From Leptolyngbyaceae cyanobacterium (GTDB lineage: Bacteria; Cyanobacteriota; Cyanobacteriia; Phormidesmidales; Phormidesmidaceae), in assembly GCA_965263355.1 (NCBI GenBank), contig CBDHHL010000056.1:576001-640000 (forward strand): a DNA stretch of 64,000 bases. The letters run 5' to 3'. Numbering within the stretch: position 1 is the stretch's first letter; each line of letters begins with the position of its first letter. Both the position numbers and the translations under genes were made by a program. Shown one piece after another: positions 1-10,079 of the stretch. Below the pieces are notes generated by a model. That model was not told the origin of the DNA. It made no database searches and saw nothing but the letters and a program-made list of their open reading frames with translations.

Positions 1-38
1 TGGGGTTGATTGTTTTAGAACTATGGTGGTTTCTTGCG

Positions 39-70
39 AAAAGGCGTCGAGGGAATTAATCCTCAACGCC
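39..70 (-). terminator. Rho-independent terminator downstream of the PEP-CTERM gene
   Basis: Minus strand reads GGCGTTGAGG-8 nt loop-CCTCGACGCC (10-bp stem, one G-U pair) followed by TTTT. Confidence 0.7.
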
Positions 71-138
71 AAAATTGTCTAGTACAGCGATTTCTTATGG
101 AGGAACCGATGGGCCGGTGATATTGCTTGCGTAAAGAA

Positions 139-1136
139 CTATCCTATTTCTGCTGGTGAAATCTTGCGCAGATGACGCTTACAAACCCCAAGGGTTCCTA
201 ACATAACTAGGCCAAGCAGCATCGAAGACTCAGGCACTGATTCCGGCGAATCAGTCTCAGTATCACTCCATTTGACCCCTGAGATAGCGCCGCTAACGTC
301 AGCATACTGAAATTTAATTTGACTCAGCCCCTGAGCTATTCCATTGTTTTCGTCAATCTCAAAACGGAAGACAGTGTTGTTGCCTAGTTGCTGGCCTTCC
401 TGATATAACGTGACACCGTCAAGGCTAAAGCTGGGTTCTGGATCAGTTGCAGGATCGTATGCAACACCATCTTGAGTCTTGTTGGTCCTGCTGAGGTTAC
501 CAGAGTTGTACTGACCGCTATACTTGTTATAGAAGCCGCTTACTAAGGCATCAACATCAATATCCAAGATTTTGTCACCTTGATCATTGTAGCCAAAGAC
601 ATTGATACCTTTGTCTCCATCCTCTTCGAGTTCAACATCTATCAGGGTAAACTGTTGGAAATCAATTAGTTTAGCGATACTATCCTCGCTGGTGAAATCC
701 AGCAAGACTTCCCCCCCGTTGGCATCATCATTAGGATTTAAATTATTTCTCTTGCTATGCTTCTGGATAATTAGTGCATACCTTGGTCTTGTGTGCCATA
801 GTCAGAACCTGTTTCCAGGTCATGGTCTTGTCCATCGCGGGTACGTGTATCGTACAACCTTAGCGTAGCGTTGGGGTCACTACTATCGTATTGACCGTTG
901 CCTCGATAATTTATACCAGAGATATTTACACCCCAGGCAGCCCATTCATCATCAATATTTCTCCCTTCACTAGCTAAATACGTTGAACCAGTTTGGATGA
1001 CATCGTCAATGGTAATGGAATCGAAATCTAAGTGATAAGTTGCAGCTTGAGCAGATGAGCTAAATAGGCCAAACGTCGCAAGCGTGGCACTTGCTGCAGT
1101 GAGTAGTAATTTTATATACGGTCTGGTCGGAATCAT
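139..1136 (-). pseudogene. PEP-CTERM sorting domain secreted protein, frameshifted near 781
   Basis: Signal peptide ending AQAA after ATG 1136 (GGAGA RBS); C-terminal VPESSMLLGL..KRHLRK sorting motif; restoring one base (GGT A[A]T GCA) joins ORFs 771-1205 and 139-705 as ..DQGNALIIQK..DDANGGEVLLDF. Confidence 0.8.
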
Positions 1137-1496
1137 GTGGTTGTCTCCCTGTAACGGCCTGTTAATATTTTGGAAATCTATTTGACCACCTAAGCCATAT
1201 GTCAAATTTAATACTCTAGAAATCTGACTGGCTATCGGTAAATACTGATCTTATATGAAGAGTTTGATCTTTATTTGTAGGTTACCCCCCCCCCTTTAAA
1301 GGGGTTTAGTAAAGAACAGATGTTTTTTGTTGTTTTGTTCTAGGGGTTTTCTCTGAATAGGCCCATATACAGACCCCAGTCAAGATCCTTCATCGCTTAG
1401 GCAAGAGTGCTAGAGGCCGTTTCTTTCAGATGCCATCCTATTCAAGTCAGTAACGCTACTTAAAACGCTTTAATCAACGTCCCTAAATCTTTCTGT

Positions 1497-3197
1497 TTAT
1501 TCCCCAAAGGTATCAACCTGAGACTGTTCCACCAGAATTACAAAAATTGTCTCTAGACCATTAGAGAATCGCAGCGTATTGACCAAATCGTGCTCAAGGT
1601 CAATCGCTGAGTCAACGATAATCATATCGGGCCTAAGGGCCAGTGCCTTTTCAATTCCGTCTTTGCCCGTAGCCGCTTCAGTTACGGTATAGCCCCGTCC
1701 CAGCAAAACCTGCGTCAAATTTTGGGTGGTGGCAACATCCATATCCACCACCAACACTTTGCGATTTGACATGCCCTGGTCTAACAAGGTTCTAATATCA
1801 TTGAGCAATAACTCCGTATCGATGGGCTTGGTTAAATAGCGATCCACCCCCAAACGGTATCCTCTTTCTTGATCTTGAATAATCGAGAGAATAATGGTGG
1901 GAATGCCCATAGTCGCCGGGTTATTTTTAAAGACAGCGGCTAAGTCAAAGCCATTGATGGTGGGCATCATCACATCCAAAATGATTAGATCCGGTGTTTC
2001 TGCCTTCACCTGGTTGAGGCCATCCATGCCATCCTTGGCAGTTCTAACCTGGTAGCCAGACGCCTCTAATTCCTGGCGTAGCAACTGGCGAATATGGGGC
2101 TCATCATCAATGACCAAAATTGTTTTATGAGATTTTTCTGTTGGGGTTACGGCGCGATCAACATTTTCTTTTAGTTGTTGTATCAGGGATTGCCAGTCGG
2201 CATTAACCGCCCTACCTGCTTGGGCCATATGGATTGGTAGGGAAAAGGAAAACGTGCTACCCTGCCCTAGCTCGCTTTCCGCCCAAATGCGTCCATTGTG
2301 ATGGTCGATAATTTGTTTACAAATGGGTAATCCCAGCCCAGACCCCTTTGGTTTATCGGTCATTACTTCCCCCACCTGGACAAATTTCCCAAACACTTTT
2401 TCTAGATCATTCTCAGAAAGACCAATGCCCGTATCAATAACGCTGACGACAATTTCGTTATCTTGTTGATAGGCGCGACAGGTGACAGAGCCCCTATCAG
2501 TAAACTTAGTAGCATTGGACAACAGGTTAATTAACACTTGAACCAGGCGGTTGCGATCTCACAGTACCTCTGGCAACCCTGGTTCAAACTCACAAATCAT
2601 ATCTAAACCAATGGTTTGAACCAGCACAGATGTGGCCGAAATCGCCTGGTTAATCACCGCTGTAATATCAGTCGGTTGCATATTCCAGTCGATTTTGCCA
2701 GCTTCAATTTTAGAAATATCCAATACATCCTTGATCAAGGCTGTCAGACGCTCACCCTCAGCCACAATGATGCCAAGGTTGTCACGGACCTGTCGTACCG
2801 CTCGCTCAGTCTTTTTGGTTTCAGTAGTTACAGCCGGTAGTATCGTATCTTCCAGCTTTTTTTGGATCAGTTTTGCAAACCCTAAAACTGAGGTGAAGGG
2901 CGTCCGTAACTCATGGGAAACCGTAGACAGAAAGTCGGTCTTCATCCGCGCCACTTCTTTCTCAGCCGTCATATCCCGAATCAAAACCACCACACCATTT
3001 GACTGATTTGGGTCCGAATTAGATGTAGTTTTAGTATCTTGCGTCAGCAGTAACGTACCATGGCTAGATTTCAGCAACTGACGGGCCTCTTCCAACACCA
3101 GAGACGCCACTTCTTGAATCTCTGGGCAATTAATAATCTTTTCTGACAGCTTAAACAGCAGGAAAATTTCCTTATACCTACCCAACAACTCCTTTGA
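1497..3197 (-). pseudogene. Hybrid sensor histidine kinase (GAF fragment-HisKA-HATPase-REC-REC), 5'-truncated, internally deleted, with an in-frame TGA
   Basis: H-box VSHELRTP, N-box NLLSNATKF, G-boxes DTGIG and GSGLGL, receiver LDVMMP; TGA at 2559-2561 lies in frame between EPGLPEVL and DRNRLVQVLINLL. Confidence 0.85.
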
Positions 3198-3260
3198 TTA
3201 AAAATGCATTAGCCTGTAGGGGCAATCCCTTGTGGATTCCCTGCGATTCGACAGGATTTC
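3196..3260 (+). repeat. GTAG-type REP-like palindromic repeat, copy 1
   Basis: GTAGGGGCAATCCCTTGTGGATTCCCT at 3216-3242 matches the reverse complement of 21987-22013 with 2 mismatches. Confidence 0.7.
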
Positions 3261-3284
3261 GCATTAGCTTTCCCTCAGCTTACT

Positions 3285-4328
3285 CTATTTCTTTGCGTTC
3301 CGTTTAGCATCCTCTAGCCACTTGTCAAAAGTGCCTTGGTTATTACGAACCCATTCTTCTGCATGGCGACGAATATCCTCAGGACTGTTCTCTCCATCCC
3401 GCATACGTTGATTTTGTAAGCTGACATCTGTGATAGGAATATTAACTACCTCAAACCATCGAGCAATGTCTGGATGAGCCCGTAAAAACTGACGATTTGC
3501 TAAAATTTCGATCTGATTAACTTCAAATCCAAGATTTTTACCATCAACAATAGAGGCATTTGCCTGAATGCCAACAACAGGTACATCTAGCCAGACAACA
3601 TCCTCATCTGGAACTAGAACACCACTCACCCATAAGGGAGTCCATGTGTAGTACAGTACTGGGTTGCCTTCGTCATATCGCTTGATAGTTTTCTCCATCA
3701 AGGCAAAGTAGTTCTTACTATCATGTTCTACAGTGCTTCGCAGGTTATAGTTATCGAGATGGGATTCAATTACGTCTCGACACCCCCACCCTGGTGGGCA
3801 ACCAACTAAGTTAGCTTTGCCATTACCATCTGTGTCAAACAACTTAGCATTTTCTGGATTTCTCAAGTCTTCTAAACTATTAATGCTGTTATTAGTTGAT
3901 GTTGTTTTATCAATCAGATAGCCCTGTAGAGCATTGTCAATTAACGGATTGACTCGTTTCAATTTTTCGTGTCCTCCATTATCTTCAAAGAAATTTCGGT
4001 GGAGAGGATTCCAATGAACAGCTGTGTAATCTAGATAGTCACGGGCAATGGCTTGATGAATAACATCATATTCTAGCTCAGAACCAGCAATTGGGTTATA
4101 TCCTAAGGACTCTAAACCGATATTAATTACTTCAGTTTGAAACAGTTCCTCTAAAGTTGCATAGGCTGAGCGAACGACCTTATCTGAACTGACTAACGAT
4201 ACATTTTCATTGGTAAGATTGCGGCAGCCAGTCAATAAGGTTAAGGCACTGAGTGCTCCCAAAAGTAAAGACCACCGCTTAACTAAGTCGATAGCATAAC
4301 TTGATGAATTAGGCAATAAATGTTTCAT
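3285..4328 (-). CDS. proX: Glycine betaine/proline ABC transporter substrate-binding lipoprotein
   Basis: Lipobox LLTGC; motifs EELFQT, HWNPLH, QGYLIDK, FDTDGNGKANLVGCPPGWGC, YYTWTP. Confidence 0.85.
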   Translation of the reverse strand: MKHLLPNSSSYAIDLVKRWSLLLGALSALTLLTGCRNLTNENVSLVSSDKVVRSAYATLEELFQTEVINIGLESLGYNPIAGSELEYDVIHQAIARDYLDYTAVHWNPLHRNFFEDNGGHEKLKRVNPLIDNALQGYLIDKTTSTNNSINSLEDLRNPENAKLFDTDGNGKANLVGCPPGWGCRDVIESHLDNYNLRSTVEHDSKNYFALMEKTIKRYDEGNPVLYYTWTPLWVSGVLVPDEDVVWLDVPVVGIQANASIVDGKNLGFEVNQIEILANRQFLRAHPDIARWFEVVNIPITDVSLQNQRMRDGENSPEDIRRHAEEWVRNNQGTFDKWLEDAKRNAKK

Positions 4329-4417
4329 AGTCAGTTGATATGTTCTTTAAACAATGAAGTTATCTTGATAGGGATTGATTACAAGCTCCGCCAACAAATG
4401 AGTTCAAAATGTAAATC

Positions 4418-4490
4418 GGGTATCAACTTAAGCCGAGAAATCTTGGCTGAGTAATAGCCTTAGGGAACATCCCGCTTTGAGTTGGTATCC
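4418..4490 (+). repeat. Small MITE-like dispersed repeat with imperfect terminal inverted repeats, copy 1
   Basis: GGGTATCAACTTAAGCCGAGAAATCTTGG ... CCCGCTTTGAGTTGGTATCC; related ends at 41651-41779 and 32320-32356. Confidence 0.7.
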
Positions 4491-4502
4491 ATAAACTCTT
4501 CT

Positions 4503-4521
4503 TTTAACCTTCCTTTAACCT
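4503..4521 (+). promoter_or_regulatory. Candidate Pho box (SphR site)
   Basis: Two TTTAACCT direct repeats at 11-bp period, fitting the cyanobacterial PyTTAAPyPy(T/A) consensus. Confidence 0.4.
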
Positions 4522-4724
4522 TAGAGAGTCCCTTTAGTGATGAACCGAAATATGATGACTGTGTAAGAAATGACTATCTAGACGGCCAGTATTTATACTT
4601 ATTTGGTAAAGTAACTACAGTTGTCTCTTTTGCTCAAATAATTTGGTTAGATCAGTTTTCAACGACTGTCTTTAAACATACTCATTCAATCTATTTAATT
4701 CAGGAAATAGAAGACGCAATCAGG

Positions 4725-5183
4725 ATGAAAATATTGTTTGTCTGTGATGGAAACATCTGTCGCAGTCCAGTAGCCGCTACCTTTTTTTGTTCTAACTTAG
4801 AAAATGGCAGTATCGAGGTTCGTTCAGCTGGCATTTATGCATCGGTTGGCAGACCACTGATACAGCAAATGCAGCAGGTGTTGTCGGAGTATGGTCTGAC
4901 CGTTGATCATGCTTCTCAGAAAATATCATCTGAAAATTTAACCTGGGCGGATTTAGTTTTCACTATGACCCGTCCCCAGAAATTTATTTTAATTAGCATG
5001 GTGCCAACTATTGCCGACAAAGTGTACACCTTGCAAGAATATATTGGGCATCCAGCCCAGGATGTTGCCGTACCTCGGGATGAAACGTTGTCAGCCTATC
5101 GACAATGTGCTGACTACATTCGGCAAAGTTGCTTATTATTGTATAGAGAGTTGTTTCAAGCTAGGTACGATCGCAGTAAATAG
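4725..5183 (+). CDS. Low-molecular-weight protein tyrosine/arginine phosphatase family protein
   Basis: P-loop LFVCDGNICRS, SAG and WADLVFTM motifs; ATG at 4725. Confidence 0.85.
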   Translation: MKILFVCDGNICRSPVAATFFCSNLENGSIEVRSAGIYASVGRPLIQQMQQVLSEYGLTVDHASQKISSENLTWADLVFTMTRPQKFILISMVPTIADKVYTLQEYIGHPAQDVAVPRDETLSAYRQCADYIRQSCLLLYRELFQARYDRSK

Positions 5184-5205
5184 AAACCAACCAATTAGCA
5201 TTAGC

Positions 5206-5769
5206 TCATGTCCCTTGGTTGAGTCTATGGGTGTTATCAGCCCAGTTTAGGGCGGATTCCCAAATCAGATCATAGATGGGGTCCTTGATGTCATAGTAGG
5301 TATCGATATCATTGCTGTGGTGTTTGGCGATTTCACGCTTGCTTAACTCAACAGATTTAGCTGAATTTGGGTGGTTACGGAGATAATCGCGAAATAATAA
5401 GGCATATTGTTGATTTGGATTACCCTCAATTCTCACATGGATATTTGCCCGCCGTTGGCTATCCGGTTGGTGAAATAATTGTTTTGCCCATAAATGGGGG
5501 GTGGCATCTGCCCCTAAGGGAACGTGATCACAGGTAATCTGCCTCCTGTAGTGATAACCTTTTGCCATCAGCTTTTTAGGAATATCGGCAATAAGGGCCT
5601 TTACAGTGATTTGAATGTCGATAACGTCTTTGGCACCCAGACCGGGCACTGAGGTGGACCCAATATGGTCAATACGGAGAGCTTGTGCGCCTAAGATTTC
5701 TGAAAGCGTAGCTTTAATCGTTTCAAATTCTTGGGGCCAGGTAGGTTTGTAGGCGTGAATAACGATCAT
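5206..5769 (-). CDS. GrpB family (UPF0157) nucleotidyltransferase-fold protein
   Basis: IDHIGSTSVPGLGAKDVIDI, NIHVR and LLFRDYLR motifs. Confidence 0.85.
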   Translation of the reverse strand: MIVIHAYKPTWPQEFETIKATLSEILGAQALRIDHIGSTSVPGLGAKDVIDIQITVKALIADIPKKLMAKGYHYRRQITCDHVPLGADATPHLWAKQLFHQPDSQRRANIHVRIEGNPNQQYALLFRDYLRNHPNSAKSVELSKREIAKHHSNDIDTYYDIKDPIYDLIWESALNWADNTHRLNQGT

Positions 5770-5794
5770 GGTTTTGGTGGATCATGCTATTAGA

Positions 5795-6469
5795 TTAATG
5801 GGGCTGACGTTCTCGCATTTGGCGTTTCATGGCTATGCGGATCCAACGTTGAATCACTTGTTTCCAGGCATTGAAGTCTGCGTCACTGGGGGTGGTTATT
5901 TGCCAAGCTTGACGAGCTGTAATCTGAGTGCACCATCGATTGAGGTCAGCATAGGCTGCTAGCTCTACACCCAGTCTGCAGAATAAGGGAACGGTTGCGC
6001 CAACAACAATATCTGCCAGATTTAAACGCTCACCGCCAAAGTAAACGTCTTGCCCCAGGTAGCTGTTCAAAAATGTTAGCCCCGTATCGAGTTGTTCTTT
6101 AACCTCTTGGGTTAATGGAATATAGTCTTGATTAACTAATTTAGAGAGTTTTGGAACTAATTCATTAACAGTGACCATCTGAATCATTTTCATGATAGCC
6201 CGTTCCCTATGGCTTGCAGGGATGAGAGACGGTTGGGGATAGCGGTCTTCTAGATAGTCCAAAATCGCGATTGATTCAATCACGCGAAAGCCGTCCTCAA
6301 CGATGACGGGAACATGATGAAAGGGACTGAGGGCAAGAAACTCAGACTGAAACTGTTCGCGTTTACTGAGATCGACGATGACGGGGTCAAAGGGAATCTC
6401 TTTTTCCAGTAGGGCTAACCAAACCCGTCGAGCAATTGGAGATAGGGGGTGATAGTAAAACGTTAGCAT
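5795..6469 (-). CDS. Glutathione S-transferase family protein
   Basis: SPIARRV..LLEK, PFHHVPVI, ESIAILDYLE and LADI motifs. Confidence 0.9.
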   Translation of the reverse strand: MLTFYYHPLSPIARRVWLALLEKEIPFDPVIVDLSKREQFQSEFLALSPFHHVPVIVEDGFRVIESIAILDYLEDRYPQPSLIPASHRERAIMKMIQMVTVNELVPKLSKLVNQDYIPLTQEVKEQLDTGLTFLNSYLGQDVYFGGERLNLADIVVGATVPLFCRLGVELAAYADLNRWCTQITARQAWQITTPSDADFNAWKQVIQRWIRIAMKRQMRERQPH

Positions 6470-6964
6470 GGCACAATCCTTTATGAAATAAAATGAGAGA
6501 CCGCTCACAGTCTTTTTTGAGGTAAAAAATGTGATACGGCTGTGTATAGTCCTCTAGGGACTATCCTAGAGTGACCACATAGCTGCAAGATGGCGATTCA
6601 ATATGCTCAGCAATAGCTGCTGTAGATGCCGGATTTGCAACATCCGTTTTATTGGACTCCCTTTGTCTTGGTAGGGAGTTGATCATAGGTATTGCTTATA
6701 AGTCAGGATTTTTACCAAGTTTTTACTTTTCATAGATAGAATGGTAGCGAATGTAACAGTCAGATGTAAGTTTCCTATTTCAAGAAGTTGGGGTATTTTT
6801 TATTTCATGACTTAAAATTATCGGTTCATCGGTTTGAACTACCCAAGCAGATTCATCTTGATGTGCTGGTATCGCACAACAATTGGAGGTTGGGGGCCTT
6901 TTCAAAGATTGTTGTCCTTAAGAGGGTCTTGGGTAATTTATTTTGCCTACCTATTTATCAGCGA

Positions 6965-8056
6965 TCAAACCAAAAAGTCGCGAATTTCATTCGCCAATTG
7001 AGCGCTAGCTGAATCTCCAGTGACAAACTCTACCGCGTCTGCATTGACCGCACCTAAACCAAGATCAGCTGCCCGTCGAATCTGATCTTGATGCCAAATT
7101 GAACCGATTGAAACGTTGCGTGTAGTCCCCAGCTTTCGCAACAGCGCAATACCCACCGCATCAATGGCTATACGATCTGTACTAGCAAACATAGCCCCAG
7201 CCTGTACCCGTTGGCCCTGTTCGGGACCGCCATTTACAAACGCATCCACACCGTCGATAATCACTAACGAAGGGCGATAGGCCGCATTGACTTCGGCGAT
7301 CATTAATCGTTGGCTGGCGGAACGGTGTAGTTCACGCATATAGTCGTGGTTATCGCCCGGTACATAGCGAGCTACCATACCGATAGTGTTTTTTAGTGAC
7401 AGGGTAAAATCACCCCCAAAGCGATGGGTTTTGAGGCAACAGACATTGATAATGGCATCAGCATCAAGCACAGGTCGAGCCACAGCAAACCCCTTTGACC
7501 AATTTGTTCCTGCGGCGGCAAAATACTGCCAGTCTTCTTGCCTTAGGTCATCAAATACCAGGGCATTAAATCCATAACGCTGACTAAGGTTAAAGACCTG
7601 CATTTGCTCCATGGCTCTGCGGGTCTCTGCCATACCAGACCGATCGCCAACGGTAATGCCACTGGCCCCATCTGCCTGAATTTCCTGTACTAATGTTTCT
7701 AATACGATAGGAGCTGTGGCAGCTGGCGCTGGATCACCCGTATTGTAATTGGGCTTAATAAATACTTGCTTGTTGTTGAAGCTGGGAGGCTGCAACAATT
7801 CAATAGCCTGACGCACCCCAGCCGCTCGATCCGTAGTACTAACAATGGCTACACGGTGGGGGTTAAGGTTGGCCGCTGCCAACGGTGCAGCTAAGTTTGC
7901 AGATAACTCTAAGGGCAAACCCAATGGCTCTGACGTGGCCACTGACGTTGTTCCCAATGTATTTAGAAATGGGGGGATGGTAACGGCACCTGCCAGTAGC
8001 CCCAGATATTTTAGTAATCCACGGCGAGATGGGGTAATGGGATGTTGAAGTGACAT
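6965..8056 (-). CDS. Tat-exported DUF362 domain protein
   Basis: Tat motif SRRGLLK; IKPNYN, LKTH, FTLSLKN.IG, GGP and DAVG motifs. Confidence 0.8.
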   Translation of the reverse strand: MSLQHPITPSRRGLLKYLGLLAGAVTIPPFLNTLGTTSVATSEPLGLPLELSANLAAPLAAANLNPHRVAIVSTTDRAAGVRQAIELLQPPSFNNKQVFIKPNYNTGDPAPAATAPIVLETLVQEIQADGASGITVGDRSGMAETRRAMEQMQVFNLSQRYGFNALVFDDLRQEDWQYFAAAGTNWSKGFAVARPVLDADAIINVCCLKTHRFGGDFTLSLKNTIGMVARYVPGDNHDYMRELHRSASQRLMIAEVNAAYRPSLVIIDGVDAFVNGGPEQGQRVQAGAMFASTDRIAIDAVGIALLRKLGTTRNVSIGSIWHQDQIRRAADLGLGAVNADAVEFVTGDSASAQLANEIRDFLV

Positions 8057-8467
8057 AATGAACAGTAGGGAATGACAGATATTGACTAACTACCCTATTG
8101 TGGCTGGTCCGTATGAGAATTATCTGAAGTGAAACGTGTAAATGCCACTAAAATGATTTTCTAGGTCTTTTTAAGCATTGTTGTTTGGTCTGAAGACAAG
8201 AACTCTCGTCACACCATTTTATTCACTCCCCAAGAAGAACGGCCCTAGGCGTATGATTTAAGAAATGTAAACATTAAGCAAACATTAAAACGTTGCGTTT
8301 GATAATCAGTACTAACATCTTAAAAATTCCTGAAGTCCATACTCATTACTAAGCAAAACTCCATCGAGTCAAGATTCATGTTGTTTATTTAGCTCGCATT
8401 GACATATACAGCTTATATATCAGTAGTTTTAGCTGTAATGACAAAATAGATGCGATGGGGGCTGTAT

Positions 8468-8848
8468 ATGCAATTCCATTACACGGGTCAGTTTCTCTTA
8501 GATGTGCTTGAGCCTTCGCAACGGGGGTATTGCAGCTTTATTTTAAGGCTATTGACGATCATCTTTATATGCCATTGCAGAGAGCATATGACGCTGCGTC
8601 GACTTACCCTTACTTTTCACAGGAGTTGAAGATTGTTCGAACTCTTCTTCCTAAAAGCAGTTTGATTGCCCAGAAAGTAGTTGCTCAAGTCTTAGGGGCT
8701 TTTCCTGAGCACCAGTGCTATAGCGGACCTCTAGAATCAGCGAATGTTAGGCTTTCTAGTACACGAGACGCAGAAATGTTTCAAATTTACCTTTGGGTAT
8801 GTTTGTTAGAAACAAATACCAGTGTTGTACAACGAGAGCTGTTTCCTT
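8468..8848 (+). pseudogene. Fragment of a conserved cyanobacterial protein, paralog of 40209-41363, frameshifted and truncated
   Basis: MQFHYTGQFLLDVLEPSQ, shift at G-run 8523-8527, then LYFKAIDDHLYMPLQR..SSTRDAEMFQIYLWVCLLE..ELFP; aligns to ICMPWQR..SSLRDLNMFQAYIWLCILE..QLLP. Confidence 0.7.
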
Positions 8849-9110
8849 TTCACCCAAGACAGCATTCATCAAGTATTACGCCGTTTGGAGCAATTTAAGC
8901 AAGCTCCCCCACTATGCCAACTATCGCCTCTATGGTGCAGTGGCCGCCATCGAGATTGATAAAGATGTTGACACCTATGCCTATAACCAAGGACTCTTTG
9001 TCATTCAGTAATCTGGAGACAGTGTCACCAAAGGACTCTTTGTCATTCAGTAATCTGGAGACAGTGTCACCATTAGTAACAAACCTGACTTTACTCCTTG
9101 CACTTGGTGA
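8849..9110 (+). pseudogene. C-terminal fragment of a DUF3782-like (PD-(D/E)xK fold) protein
   Basis: RRLEQFKQ / PHYANYRLYGAVAAIEI..YAYNQGLFVIQ*SGDSVTISNKPDFTPCTW*; contains a frameshift, a premature TAA and a duplication. Confidence 0.65.
8989..9072 (+). repeat. Perfect 42-bp tandem duplication
   Basis: AAGGACTCTTTGTCATTCAGTAATCTGGAGACAGTGTCACCA twice, with no spacer. Confidence 0.95.
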
Positions 9111-9813
9111 ATCGTACTATTGCCTATGGCTGTTGGCGTAATCTGCAAGTATGGAAGATGCTGAGTACATCACAGGGCCAGTCATCCAAGTTCCTGTCAG
9201 TAGACGGGGTTCGCGAGACTAAGTAGTTACGAATATAGTTCGAAGAACATCAACAAGTACTTGAACACTTCATAGACTTATGTATTCTGCAAACTTTTTG
9301 GCTGGTTACTATCTATTTCTTGAGTTTTGCGGGTAATTAATCATACTCTGAGAAACAATATGGGGTGATTTGATACTTCACAGTTTTCATACGTAAATAC
9401 TGTTGAACTTCATTAAAGCGACTTTTTATACAGTTGCTTGTGGTGGTCAGAGTTGGCGATATTGCATCAGTGATAGTCTATTTCAAGCTTGCAGAGACTT
9501 AATCCTGTTTGGTGCTCTACATACTGCTCTACACAAACAGTGTGCATTTGTCTTGGATAGACTAGTGTTTCAACCTAAACCACGTCCAAGTTGAAACCGG
9601 GAGGTTCCTCTACGGTAAAATTACCGTTCTAGACGTGGAAAAGGTTTAATACTTCAAATGTTTTCAACATAAGTAAAATTAGGTGGATAACAAAAGCCGA
9701 CCGTAACTTAGGATACACTTAGGGCAATCTTTAAATGCTGGGCCTTATTTCTTAATAAGAGAGAAAAGTTGTTATAGATTTAAAGTTTTGGCCTTAAATT
9801 GTCCTGATAGTTG

Positions 9814-9851
9814 AATTTCATAGGCTTCCTATGGGTTTAGCCTATGAAATT
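9814..9851. promoter_or_regulatory. 13-bp perfect inverted repeat in the leader of the polysaccharide cluster
   Basis: AATTTCATAGGCT-12 nt-AGCCTATGAAATT. Confidence 0.5.
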
Positions 9852-10079
9852 GACGTTAAAGATAATACAGATTATTTTTTTGTTGCTTCTATGGGTTAAA
9901 TCTGTTCCAAGCCCTTAGGATCTGGAGAGGATAACCGTTTTAAGCGGAACGTTTTTGCATAGATAGGAGTCAGGAAACAGGTGGACGTAAGGCTCTGGAA
10001 CTGATTCCTGATTCTCCAACTAACCAAGATTTTCAAACTTATGTTACTTCCCCTTGAATAGCATGAGATTCGATATCTG

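Noticed and set aside
2559..2561. In-frame TGA as selenocysteine or programmed readthrough
   Set aside because: The position is normally Gly in kinases and the gene carries other lesions
4482..4724. 81-aa N-terminal extension of the phosphatase
   Set aside because: Begins at a TTG inside the repeat element; the family motif starts at ATG 4725
8989..9072. 42-bp repeat as a mini CRISPR array
   Set aside because: Two directly abutting copies, no spacer, no cas genes, and it lies inside a coding remnant
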